Positions 1-12,100 of a DNA stretch of 34,159 nucleotides are shown piece by piece. Under the pieces are notes generated by a model that saw only the letters and a program-made list of their open reading frames with translations, did not search any database and was not told where the DNA came from. The translations under genes and the position numbers were made by a program. How positions within the stretch are numbered: position 1 is the first letter of the stretch; each line of letters begins with the position of its first letter. The stretch spans positions 1 through 34,159 of the forward strand of contig JYFJ02004179.1 of the NCBI GenBank assembly GCA_000934665.2, in the 5' to 3' direction. This stretch comes from Catajapyx aquilonaris (taxonomy: Eukaryota).

Positions 1-1303
1 ATCGGCTTCAGCCACCTGCACTCTGGTGGTAGCAAGGCCGCACTAGCGGAGATTTGCCCTATCTCTTGTTTAGTCTGACACATATCCCGTCTCCGGGTTC
101 TTTCAAAGCCAAATCGCAGCAGTGTGACAGTCATTTGTTTTATGTTTCATCTCAAACCTGTTCATGGTCTGGTCTAGACCTGGTCAGACTGGTCATGAAC
201 ACAATTCTGGCGCCACTTCCAACCAATAGGGATTTTACTTTTGTGCACCCATTCTGATTGGTGCTTTCGTGTAATGGTACTCGTCAAGTACGGTATGAGT
301 CGGTGTCACATGGCAATAAGATCCATGAAGTCACGTGGTAAAAATGACGTAAAAATATTTTCGCCACATCATAATTACTGATTTAAAATGATGCGCATTG
401 AATAAATTAATTGCATATGATAACCAACAGCAAACTAGTCCTTTCCGATAAGTATTTTATATGCGCAGGAAGTAATATTAACTTGCTCTTCTTGTAACAT
501 GGAACTCGGATGCACACCATTTCAGTGTTTCAAAATGCTGCTGTTATTGGCCGAGCCAAAACATGGCTCTTACCTAATCCAGGTTTTGTTGTCCAGTAAC
601 AATTAAAACTCCTTGGATCACCATGCTTGTTTCCAGGCTGATGTCTCTCACTAACGACATATTTTTTTTTTACACTGATGTGCGGAAAACCAGTCTGTCT
701 AGTCACTTCCAGTAGTAAAGAAAACCCTTCTAATGAAGAGAAAACTCATTTGGATGAATGAGACTAAAATAATTATCCAGATCTGTAATTGCAAGAGGTG
801 GGAAGGGGTTCTGGTTAAAATCAACTGACAAGTTCATAGCAAATCAGTACCTTGTTATTTTTTGTCAATACAATAGGGCTTCATACATGTAATTGTTTAA
901 AAAAAAAGACAACTCAATAACTTCCTTATACTTCTATGTGGGGGTGATGCTTCAGGATGCCTATAGGAAGCTACATTATCACAAAAAATACTTTCGGCTG
1001 AAATAAAAATTAAGTTAAAATAAATGAAGCTTATGATGACATTTCTACAAAATATTTCCCCTTCTGAAGACAAAAGGATACCGTAACAATGCAGGACTAC
1101 TGTAAGACATGGAAGGCTTTTGCCTAAGGCAATTTATTTTGAAGGAGTTGTCACTCTCAATGCAACTCCTTCAAAATTATTCCAAAGAAAACCTCCAAGA
1201 TACCTGCCCTTGCGTTTGCTAAGTAGCGTAATCACACCCACTGCTGCGCCGGGAGTCCAAGTCCAAGACACCATGTCTGGCATCAAAATTTTACTTTCAA
1301 CTA

Positions 1304-1328
1304 CACACTCACACGCACACACACACAC
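1304..1328. repeat. (CA)n microsatellite, imperfect
   Basis: cacactcacacgcacacacacacac. Confidence 0.8.
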
Positions 1329-2166
1329 GCTAGATATTATGCCGAACCATTGCCTTTTAAACTTCTAAGTGATGCTGCTCCTTAAATAAGATGGGCAGAA
1401 CTCTATGGAACAGTAAAATTTACTTCCAGCATACATCAAACCAATTGAGGTGAAACAAGCAACTTAAAGTCTGGTTGCTGTTTGTATAACGGAAGGCACT
1501 GTGTGCACATGGACCTGTAACAAAAACCTTATACAACAGAACTCAATCCATTGTTGTGAGAATTTCACCTGTACCAGTTTCTCAAATTCCCCAAATGCCA
1601 TTGAAAGACATTCTCCAACATTTATTGTTATTATGACATTATACAGTGGACACTACCACTAACAAAAAAAGAACCAAAATAGAGGAACCGTTAAAATATT
1701 CTACCAGTCCCACTCAACCTGGAATTGTCTCTGAGACTGCCAGTTCACTTTGTCATATTATTATGCTTTCCAGTTTTGTAATTATGTCCTGCATGTTTCC
1801 ACCATTGCGGTGTGGGGCCTTGTTTATTCATGGGTGTCCCATAAAAACATATCTTATATTACTAAATAAATATTACAATTACTCTAAACAGAAATATCCA
1901 AAACTAATCAAAAACAGGATGAAAAATGCAAATCATTATTTCATAAGCAATTGGGTGGGCAGGAAGAAACACGGGGGGGCGCAGCATAGAGTGCGCAATT
2001 GGTTATGCCGCGTTTGACGCCATGTACTTAGGTCAATATTATATTTACAAGCGGCAGTCAATGTGCCAAGTTTCTTCCCCCCCCCGTGTGGCTGTGGTAA
2101 CCAACCACCAGGGTTCCCCCAAACAGTGAACACACCTGCCCATGCAGATGTTACCAGGACTTCTCA

Positions 2167-2344
2167 CTAAGAGTTTTCTTCTTTCTCAGATGCCATCAAA
2201 CTTTGGCCTTCCCTGGTTTCCTGTCCCTAAGGAATTTTCTTCTTTCTCAGGTGCCATCAAACATTGACCTTCCCTGGTTTCCTGCCCTAAGGAGTTTTCT
2301 TCTTTCTCAGGTGCCATCAAACTTTGACCTTGCCTGGTTTCACC
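2167..2344. repeat. Tandem repeat, 3 x 60 bp
   Basis: Units start with ctaa at 2167, 2227 and 2287; consensus ctaaggagttttcttctttctcaggtgccatcaaactttgaccttccctggtttcctgcc. Confidence 0.95.
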
Positions 2345-2461
2345 TTTTGGCACTTCACCTCCTTGTCTTTCATCTAATTGGGGGGGAAAAAGGATTAACA
2401 TTAAATCTCTAGGAATGCCAAAAGTTCTACGGAAAGTCAAATCCCTGCACAAATAGTTTAA

Positions 2462-2918
2462 CCCTTGGACGGTGACATGACCTCTTTTTGTGACCAATGC
2501 CACTTTTTTTGCTATAAAATAGAAAACATAGCACATTTGAGAACATCTTCATTTCATCTCCCACTACAAGGGGTCGTGCAAATAGCACGTGACCGATTTT
2601 AGGCCACCTTTTGACACACTTGACTTCAAAAAATAGACAAATAAAGTAACAACCCCCTGATACAATCGGAATGCGGGCTCTTGAACACAGGGACGATTTG
2701 GCCCCAACTACACATCGATGAATAATTACTTTCTGATCGTACCATTTGCTTAAAAAATGCAAACTAATGCTTAGTGCTTTATTGCGGAAGGAATCAACTC
2801 AATACTGTCTCAAACGTGAAGCCCAATGTGCTATATTTCTCATGTTATAAGAAAACATGTGATTTGGGTAGCAAAGAGTCACTGCAGAGCAAACTTCTAG
2901 CACGTCACCGTCGCTGGG
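2462..2918. mobile_element. piggyBac-type non-autonomous element
   Basis: TTAA at 2458-2461 and 2919-2922; imperfect TIRs cccttggacggtgacatg / cacgtcaccgtcgctggg. Confidence 0.7.
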
Positions 2919-4189
2919 TTAATTAGAAATGTGCAATGCCACATCAAGAAACATCCTCTCAGGTAACTAAACTCTATGGGTAGATTGCAGAAGACTAGGT
3001 TTCAACTGCTGGTCAGTAAGAAGAGTTTCAATCTCATATCTGCTTGCAGAGGGCAAGGGTTTAAACATCAGTCTAACTCAGTAATTTAAACCACAGCTTT
3101 CAAAAAACCAACTTTATCAAACAATAATACCATCGTATTATTGGTCGAAATAAGCTTATTTGGTGACGGTCACAATACCGTTATCACTACCAGGGACCTG
3201 TTAGTACATCAACCCTTTGTCTGCAGCGGCCATGTTGGTTGCATGATCATACGACCAAACAAAATAATATTTTTTAAATTCACTGGTATAACCCCGACGG
3301 ATATTTCTTTCACCATACACTTAGGTAACGTCTAGTTTCTATGTTCATGAGGATTTATGCCACTCGCGCGATATTTTTAACGGCATGACCTCATAGGCCA
3401 AAGGTCACATTCATTGTAAACAAACTCTTACTGCACAAATTTACATACACATACCTCCCTGCCGCATATTTCCCGGTAAGTGGATGTGCAGCTGAAAACC
3501 ATTGAAAAATTCCCTAAATTCTGCGACTTACTTTTCGCTGGGGGAAAAATCAGAACGATCTGTCAAGGGTAGGCAAATGCCCCCGGCGCCATTGCAGTCA
3601 TGAAAGTGGCCTCGCTCGTAATTGGCCGGGCAGACTGCTCTGAGCTAGAGGTGGTGGCTGCTTGCCAGCTGAGCCTCTTTTTTTGCACCTGGTGGCTCAC
3701 ATTATCTCCTTTTAAAAATTTTAAATGACTCTTAAAAAAGTTTTCATAATTCATCAGAGGGACTAGGCAATCATATAGAATTTTCTTGGATTATTCCAAG
3801 GGGTGGCAGCGGCCTTTTAAAAAACGCGCAGATGTCGCCACAGGATGATGTCACCTTCTCCTGCATAGCATACGAGGCGGCATGTGGCTCTCTCAAGATG
3901 TAACGCAGGTTTGTAGGTCTCAGACACTTCAGTCTCATCTTGTGCATGCATCGAGAGCAAAACCAATGGTAGCGGATATAGTGATTTCACCTAGGGCACT
4001 ATTTTTAACCCCCACCAAACAGTGCAAAATCCAGCAGGAGACATAGGGCTAAGGAAGTGGTACTGCAAACCTGTTAGGATGCTATATAGTGTGTTCTGAG
4101 TATGCTGGTCTTTTTAGTAATCTCAAATTTCCCCCAAAGTTGTTACTTATGTGTAGATTTTTGCACTATGAGTGAGGTGCCCCATTATA

Positions 4190-4633
4190 CAAGGTGAGGG
4201 AAACTCGCGGACAATCTTCAGGTACTGATAGTACTAGTATAACTAATATAGGGATGTGCAATTAGTTTTGGGCTCCGTTACATAGCTAATGCATACGGCG
4301 CTGACAAAGTTTCGTGAAGTCACATCTGTTCCGCCAGCTTCTAGGAAGCAAAAGTCAGCTCCAGGGCCCTTCCCTTCCCTTCCCTTCCCTTGGTCCCCTA
4401 ACTCATCGTCCATGTGCAATAGGTGATCAAATCCCCTGAGAGCATGAATAAGGGTACAACACCTGTGTACTTTGTCATTTTTACCTCATATTTTACTATC
4501 TGGCCCTCCACACTTTAACCGCCTTACGCATGAACTACGCATTGGCGCCCAAAACAAATTGCACATCCCTATAATAGTTTTGCGAGTACTATAAGTTTAC
4601 CTGGCGATTGTCCGTGAGTTCCCCTTCACCCTG
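4190..4633. mobile_element. Tc1/mariner-type MITE with long (about 115 bp) imperfect TIRs
   Basis: TA|caaggtgagggaaactcgcggacaatc...tatagggatgtgcaatt is mirrored by aattgcacatccctata...gattgtccgtgagttccccttcaccctg|TA. Confidence 0.85.
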
Positions 4634-4662
4634 TATAGCAGTTGCTATATACCATGATGTAC

Positions 4663-4822
4663 AGGTTGGACATTTATCGAGGCACACTGCTAGGGACATT
4701 TTCCGAAGTGGCAGAAGAATGAATCAAAGATATGGATAGTGCAAGCCGTGCGAGCAAGATTCGTTCTTCTGCCGCTTCTGAAAATGTCGCTAGCAGTATG
4801 CCTCGATTAATATCCAACACTG
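4663..4822. mobile_element. Short palindromic MITE (family A, copy 1)
   Basis: About 65-bp inverted arms, TA|caggttgga...tccaacactg|TA; a clearly related copy lies at 19374-19534. Confidence 0.85.
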
Positions 4823-5253
4823 TACTATAGGTATCCACTTGTCTTTCTCCTTTTCATGGAGAGAAGTCCCTGCCATACCATGTCAATCAAGATCTTCATA
4901 GTTCCCCTACTTATACAGTTGACTCCAGATATAACAGCTTCTGCTATCTTTCAGCTATAACATACTCGAAAAGCTGGTCCCTGCAAACGTCCGTAAGACC
5001 CTGTGTATTTTTAATCCTAATAACAGGCTCATTTTCACCTCATGTCAGCTATAACAGGCAATTTCTTGGCACCTCAGTGGAAAACTATGCTGCTTTTGAT
5101 TACTCAACTCCCTTTCCCATGCGCAGGAAGGCAGCTAGAATACTGCAGCAGGGGTGATATTTCCATGTCATTGATCTAAGCTACCTACTCACAAGTTTTT
5201 CATCATTAGGTTGAGGCACACATGTGCTCTGTTCAATGTTTCCGGGTATCTTA

Positions 5254-5833
5254 CTGTATTACCTCTCATATTGCGGCATGCCGGTATAGGCGAGGTTGAC
5301 CAGTTTAAAAAAATGCTTGATCTGGTGGCTATACCGGCATGCCGGTCTAAGCGAGGCATGCCGGTATAAGGCAAGGTTATCACATAAGTTACATTCTCCT
5401 TTCTGAACTTGACATTTGCCTGAAAATCGAAATTCACATAAAGGCTATCGAAAAGGCACATTTTCCAAATAGGGTACCCGTACCATATATTGTTTTCAAT
5501 TGCAGTGTTTGGCAATAATCTCTATTTAAACAGTATGTTAGAGCAGGGGGTTCCATTGTCAAAGAGGCTGACAATGGGATTGGTCATACACTCTACATTT
5601 TTTAAATGCACTGTGCAACAGAACTGTCATATTCTCACAGCCTGTACACTCACCCATTTTCATTGTAACATTATTTTAGTATGGTACCAGAAGCATTCCA
5701 AAAAATTTGGCAAGGATCAAAATTACGGAAATTTACCTCGCTTATTGCCGCATGCCGGCCACCCCCGGGTTATATTGACATGCTGGTCGACCTCGTTTTA
5801 TACCAGCGTGCCGCAATATGAGAGGTAATAAGG
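5254..5833. mobile_element. TA-flanked MITE, pogo/Tigger-type termini (family B, copy 1), nested in 4916-6250
   Basis: TIR tattacctctcatattgcggcatgccggtata / tataccagcgtgccgcaatatgagaggtaata; the interior is shared with 7992-8733. Confidence 0.85.
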
Positions 5834-6106
5834 TAATCGTGTGCCATGGGTCACTGAGCTGACCTTGCTTCCTAGGCTTGGACCCACTATACCCAAATTT
5901 ATTACTGAGTCAGGCAGTTCAGACAAAGGTGGCCAAGATGTCGTGCACCAATTTTAACAGGCGCTCCTTTACACTTGCCGAAATGGTCGAAATAATTTTT
6001 TTTCTGGTATATTTGGCAAGAAGGAGATGGCATAAGAAATTACGGATGTTTTTGGTCCAAATTTACGGGTGAGCTAATTTTGCTTTTTTGCATCTAGTTT
6101 CATTAA

Positions 6107-6181
6107 TCAGTATGCAGTGTGCATTATATGCATGTGGTAGGCAGAAACCTTCGTGCATTCGCTGCAGAAGTGGCAATTTGG
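6107..6181 (-). CDS. MEP-1: Candidate MEP-1 terminal exon (PNCHFCSECTKVSAYHMHIMHTAY*), inside a pogo/Tigger-like element
   Basis: Acceptor tctgttacag| at 6182. Spliced to KKFMCQ it yields F-x-C-x3-C-x-F-x10-H-x4-H, the spacing of the other MEP-1 fingers. No transcript evidence. Confidence 0.45.
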   Translation of the reverse strand, partial: PNCHFCSECTKVSAYHMHIMHTAY

Positions 6182-9100
6182 CTGTAACAGACCTCGGTTA
6201 TAGACTTTTTCCTGTGGTCCCATGAAGTCTGTTATATCAGGATTCAACTGTATGTGGTACGTATATTTCTCTTCATGGACCAGGGGCCACCAACAGTTAT
6301 GCCAAAAAATGTCACTGTTCTCTGGCAATTGTCAAGCAGAGTAGGTTGTTACGATTTTATATCATTACTGAGCTGCGATGGATTCTTATTGTGGGAGAAA
6401 ACAGGAGAACCCCAGAAAAACCCATGCAAACATGGAGAAAACCCATTCAAATTATTTCCAAATGAGAGAATTCACTTGTCTGACTTCGCCATTGAACTTA
6501 GGACCTCAGAGGTGGAAAGCCGTGACACTGACCACTAACACCACTATGAAGCTCCATAACTTAATATCACATGGAACTATTGCAAGCATGACATGGCACA
6601 ACATACCACATCTCACCGAAGCAAGTTGGTGTGGTGGTTAAGGAGCCCGACTGCTAATCGGAGGTCCTGAGTTCGAATTCCGGGGCCGGCAACCCAGACT
6701 GTGGTTTTCTATGGTTCCCCCAGGATAATTCCGGGATTGTTTCCATATAATAGGCCCCAGCCGCTTCCTTCCTTCCCTATCCTTGGCCCCATTCAATGGT
6801 GGTACTCCACCCCCCAATGGAACGCCGATTCTCCCGACCAATGGGGCGTAAGTAAATAAAAAAATTTGAAAAAACATACCACATCTCCAGCAAAAAGGAG
6901 ATGTGTTACTGGTAGGTCAATCTGGAGAGGCATGGTTTCAAACCTCCTGATGTGCTTTTCCCAAACTACCAAAGGGGATAGGCTGTATCATCATAATATT
7001 ATACCTTGGTCACACCTGTATTTGCAGGTGGATTAAAGCTGTGGTCAAATCTGGTCTAGTAAGACAGTGCTTACACCCTGGTTCACAACCTTATCTTTGC
7101 AATCCACTCATCATATGTCCCAGTGTTACTACTAACCTGACACATAAACTTCTTGTTGATCCTATGTTGTACCAAGCTGGCACTACGGCTTGATTGACCG
7201 GTGTTAGGAGTTGATGCTGTTGCGGATGGAGTTGCACTTGACTTCACAGGTTGAGGAATGATAGTGATCTCATCATTGATTTTAAGCGGTTTTAGCAGGG
7301 ATTGCGATTGCGACAGCAAATGTTGCGTAGTTGGTGAGGAAGAAGTAGGTGTGGACTTCACATCTCCCTTCTTATCGCTGCGCTTTGCTACAACACTATG
7401 AGCTGAGTAGACGTGGTTCTCAAATTGCTTGTACATTCCAAATGTAGCAGTGCAAACAGTGCACTTGTAGGACAAATGTGCTGGCTTCAGCGTCAAATTG
7501 TGGTCTTTGGCCACATGATTTAGCAATTTCCACTGATACACCTGCAACAAGAATTTATGAATGTCACTCTCCTTAGAAACATTAAGTTATCATATCTTAC
7601 CTTTCCGCACACTGGACATCGTCCACCATCCTGCCCTTTGTTGGCAGCCTCCTGCATGCTTGAGGTGACCAGCCCATGTGAGCCCAGCAAGTGGCGCTCC
7701 AGGCCTTGGTCCGTGAAGAAGCGGAACTGGCACTTCTGGCAGTTAAGAGGAGGACGGTTGTATATCATCTTCGGGTGAATCTTCACTTTGTGTATCCACT
7801 GCATATGGTTGCGGAGTTGCTCCAAGTCCTGTGAAAAATAGTTATGCAATTTCTAAGTATATCATTTTCCAAGCATTTTGGCTCATAGAGCTAGAACCAA
7901 ATCAGATATGTAGTCCTCAGACAACAGTGCAATGTCTCACCAAGTGTACTGCAAACTAATCAATAATTTACATCTCCATTGGAGATTACTCCCATGTTAC
8001 CTCACATAAAGCAGCATGCTGGTGTAGTCCAGGGAGACAAGTTTTTAGAAATGCATGATCTGGTGGCTATACCGACATGTCGGTCTAAGTGCCAGTATGA
8101 GACGAGGTTTTCATTTACATTAGCCTTTCATAACTCTATATTTGCCTGAAATCAAAATCCATGAAAAGGCTATGGAAAAGGCACATTTTCCTAATCTAAT
8201 ACCATATGCAGCATGTTCTTTTCAAATACAGCGTGTGGCAATAATCAGTTCATCGTAGAGTACAGCAAGCACTTGTTATTTTTCACTATCCCTGCTGATT
8301 TTTTTGAGAGATACTGATACAATTTTTCGAAATTCACTATTACATTTATAAATATTACTGATCTTAGGCTATTATTAGCTACCTACCAGTGTGCCTAAGG
8401 TATAAAACCAGTCAGACCTGCAACTAGTGAGATATTGAGCAAAGCAAAGGGCTGAAGGAGTTTGCCTTGACCCTTCGTGATGAAGTACGGGGTTCCCCTC
8501 CCAAAGCAGGCTGAAGATGGGATTTGTCACATTCTATGCACTTTGCAACAGAACTTGCATATTCTCACAGCCCTACTCGCACATTTGTCACCGTAACATT
8601 ATTTGAGTATGGTATCAGAGGCATTCCAAATAAATCGACAAGGATAAAAATGATGGAAATCTACCTCTGTTATTGTGGCATACCGGCCATCCCCAGGTTA
8701 TACCGGCATGCTGCTCCATCTTAGGTAATACCGTATGAAGATAAGCAAGCAAATGAACCATTTGGCCTATTTTTGGCAGGCAAGACAACCCCCCCCTGGT
8801 GATAAAAATGATGGGTCCCTGCAACCTAATATTTTAATAACTATTACAAATAATGTGTGGAATTTTCGACCCACTGCTAGCTACTACTAACTTAGCAGTA
8901 CCAGTGTTGGCAATGGTAATTCAAAGTTAGCAGTAACTAGCAGTGGGATGAAAATTCCACCCATGGACCCCAACTGCTTAAAATTATACAGCTTAGTGCC
9001 AAAGAATCACTACCCAATACACACAATACTATACAGAATGTACAGAAATTCACTTGCCAAAATGATACGAGTGATAGGGGGTGAGTATGGAAGAACCATG

Positions 9101-12100
9101 GCATGGGTCCGAAAGGGTGGCGACGATGTTGAAGTCGACTATGTCTATTTTGACAAGTACAGATACTCACATACATGCCTGCAGTGCTCATTCCCAGGGC
9201 CAGGCCAGTTGAGCAATGGTCTCTCAGTGCAAGCCCCTGGTCCCGGAAATCAGCAATGCAGGCATGCACGGAGGTATCCACACTGTCTTGTCAGGATAAA
9301 TATCAATGTCAAAGGCCGACATCTGCAAGACGGATATTCGCTGGCCTTTCGGGCCCGGGCCAGGCTTATTCCATACGCACCCTCTACCACATGTATCATT
9401 TTGGCAAATGAATTCACATATACCCTGTGTATAGTGACTGACATAATCCCAATTATCCTGTACTATGTATCCATGGATGCCACTAGTTGGGTGTTTCGAA
9501 ATGGAATATGCTACTAGTTCATTGCTGTTTATGCAGGGTGTCCACAATGAACATCCCTAGTTTCAATTACTGGTAAAAAATAGAAATGCAGAGGTATTTA
9601 AGGTTTTGGTTGTTTCAACAGTCTGGAGACTTGACAAGTTTCATCCGAAATTTTTGGAATGGCCTATGTGATGTGGTGGCGCTCCTGTGGGGGATGCTTG
9701 GAAGATGTAAACATAGCATCTACAGATGGAAAACCGCAAGTTGTGTGGTGGTTAGCCGAACTCGTTCACAGAAGTGCTAGACATGCTGCACATTTCGCCT
9801 TTCCACAATTACCTTACAGAGTCTATGCAACTGAAGAAGACAGTCCAAATAATGACGTGTCCTCCATCACCCCTAACATACTGGAGAGAGTCTCGGGGAG
9901 GGAGATTATCATATTAAATATTGTGCTTGCTACTAAAGGAGCACAAGTGGAAGACTATTGATTTTTTTTTACATAAACTTGATGAGGGTCCCTTCTCATT
10001 TGTACAATTTCGACACCATGGTCCAGTAACGTGCATAATGATAGCAAGTTGAAACTAAGGAGGTTCATTATTGACACCCTGTATATCTATTAGATCCAGA
10101 AAGTGGAGGGCACATGCAAACTTTTGTGAAACTGTGGGGCAGTTTAAAATGGAGAAGCAAACAAAGAGCAAGGAATTGCAAGACATCATATGGAGTCATA
10201 TTTTGTGGAGTTCGTGGGGAGGCAGGCACATAAGAATGACATGTTTTCTTGTATAACGAGGGCTATAGCTTAGTATTGGGCTCTTGTTATTCATCAATAG
10301 GTGTTGTGTCAGTTTATTTAAATATTTTTCAACCTTCGAACCATTAGTTTTAGGATATAGTGGCATCCAGGAAACAAGTGCTTTATAAAATCCATACACA
10401 TTGGCACATACTGTGCAAGGTCACATGAAAAAAGTTTGAAATCTTAGCTTATAAAAATCACAGTATGGGGCCAGAACTTACCTTGATATACCCGTCACAT
10501 ATTTCACAGATGACAAATGTAGTCTTGGGCCCGGGTGCTGAACTGCTGGTTGTAGTTGCCTTGGGAGAGCTTCCCTGCGTAATGGAGCTCAGTGACACAG
10601 GCGTGGCTGCTGTCTGCCTTGGCAAGGGTGTGATGGAGATGCTGGGCTGCTGTGGTGCCTTGGGCGTTGTGGTCCTGCTCGATGCACTCTGGAAGGCCAT
10701 GGGTTTCGTTTTCTTGTCATTTAGGTGCGGTCATACTCAGTTCTAAATAGCCACCAAGACCCCGACCCCACCCACAACTACTATGCCATGGCTCTCACTT
10801 GTATGGTGATGGAACTGGCTCCCGAAGTGAGATTGGGAATGAGGGCCACGGGGGCAGGGCCCCCACCTCCGCCTGAGCCGCTGCCTCCCGAGGGTATCAA
10901 CGTGAGGCGAGGCACGTTGCTCAGTCCACCAGTCATCACTGGTACCATGTGACCTTGGCTGTTTACCACCTACAAGTTTAACATGCGAAAGAGGTAACAG
11001 ACAGCAGTGTGAGACAGAGAGACATCTCAACTACTGAACGAACCTGACCACATGCATAAGTGCAGGGGTAAGAGGCCACAACTGCACATGTAACTACCGA
11101 ATGTCACAATCTAAGAGAACCCCAGAAATCACCCTGTGCCGAGAATATCCATGCAACTGAATTTCTTTCAAGGCAGCACAGAGCCTAATTTCAATCAACT
11201 CACGCACATTACTTGTGTCATGCACACATTTTCATTTTGAATAACTTGTGTCCAACCCAGGCTCTTCGGAGCTAGATCAGATAAGATATTGGAGGTATGG
11301 GAATCATGCACCCAGAACATGAACTACGTACCTGGTAAATAGGGTTGTTTGTAAATGAAAACGATGAAGGGACATACACCTGGCTCCCTGATGGCCGGTA
11401 AATCATTCCTGCGGAGAGAAAAAATGTCACATCCTTAAAAAAGATACGTTCAAAATCTCGCTGCCATGGTAATGTTATGTCCACTGACCTGGTCGGAGGT
11501 GACTGGCTGAGCTCAGTGACCTGGAGGAAAGAGTACGGGCATCTACCCCAAGCTTGCTCGCCAGTGTGGCCGGCCCGGGTGGACGTCCTCGAGGACGGTG
11601 TAAACTGTTTGGAATGAGTGGTGGTGCCATAGTGAGACTACCAGGGGCTGGGGCCAGCTTGGGCATCAGTGGGTGGGCCATCGTTCCAGGTGTGCACTTC
11701 ATTGGGGCAAATCCAGGCCCTAGAGTTGAGGGGCGTCCCCGTGAAACACGATAAATCTTGGCTGGCAGCTCCCAGTCAGACGGTGGCTCCTGATTGCGGT
11801 CATGACGGAACTTCTTCATACATGACAGTATATGTCGGCTCAGTTTACCTTTTGAATTGTCCTCAAAAGAGCAGTTTGCACATTGATGAAAAGCTGGGGC
11901 TCTTTCCAAATGTCCTCTAACATTGTGCTCTGCTTCCATGTGAAACAGTATGTCATGTGGAACCCGAGTTTCAAAGGGACAGAAATTGCAGCGGTACGTG
12001 TAGTGGCGCATGTGTGGGGTCTCCAGGTGCCGTGCCATGACAAGAGCTGACTCCGTTTTGAAGTTACAAAATTCACACTTTTTGGTTTCAAAGTGGAAAG

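Larger units (their letters stand above)
4916..6250 (+). mobile_element. Internally deleted pogo/Tigger-like DNA transposon, interrupted by a nested MITE
   Basis: TA|cagttgactccagatataacag ... ctgttatatcaggattcaactg|TA. A remnant MSCTNFNRRSFTLAEMVEII at 5938 resembles the pogo/Tigger HTH start (K-R-K-x-x-T-L-x-E-K-x-E-I-I). EITDVF near 6037 resembles the pogo C-terminal ITDFF motif. Confidence 0.8.

Noticed and set aside
2167..2344. CRISPR-like array (also considered for 29470-30305)
   Set aside because: Head-to-tail repeats without unique spacers, no cas genes, eukaryotic context.
4005..4070. Alternative terminal exon giving FMCQ|VCSTTSLALCLLLDFALFGGG*
   Set aside because: Creates CxxC but has no histidines and a weak pyrimidine tract; not excluded, but less supported.
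6620..6690. tRNA-Ser(GCT)-like gene
   Set aside because: No proper acceptor stem or long variable arm. It continues into a SINE body with an A-rich tail and TSD, so it is a SINE head.
8948..9517. 189-aa + strand ORF in the intron
   Set aside because: Runs across a palindromic MITE and has no recognisable domain.
10713..10744. Alternative acceptors for the 10482-10688 exon
   Set aside because: The AG at 10744-10743 leads to an in-frame TGA. The AG at 10714-10713 is in frame but lacks a pyrimidine tract. 10690-10689 fits best.
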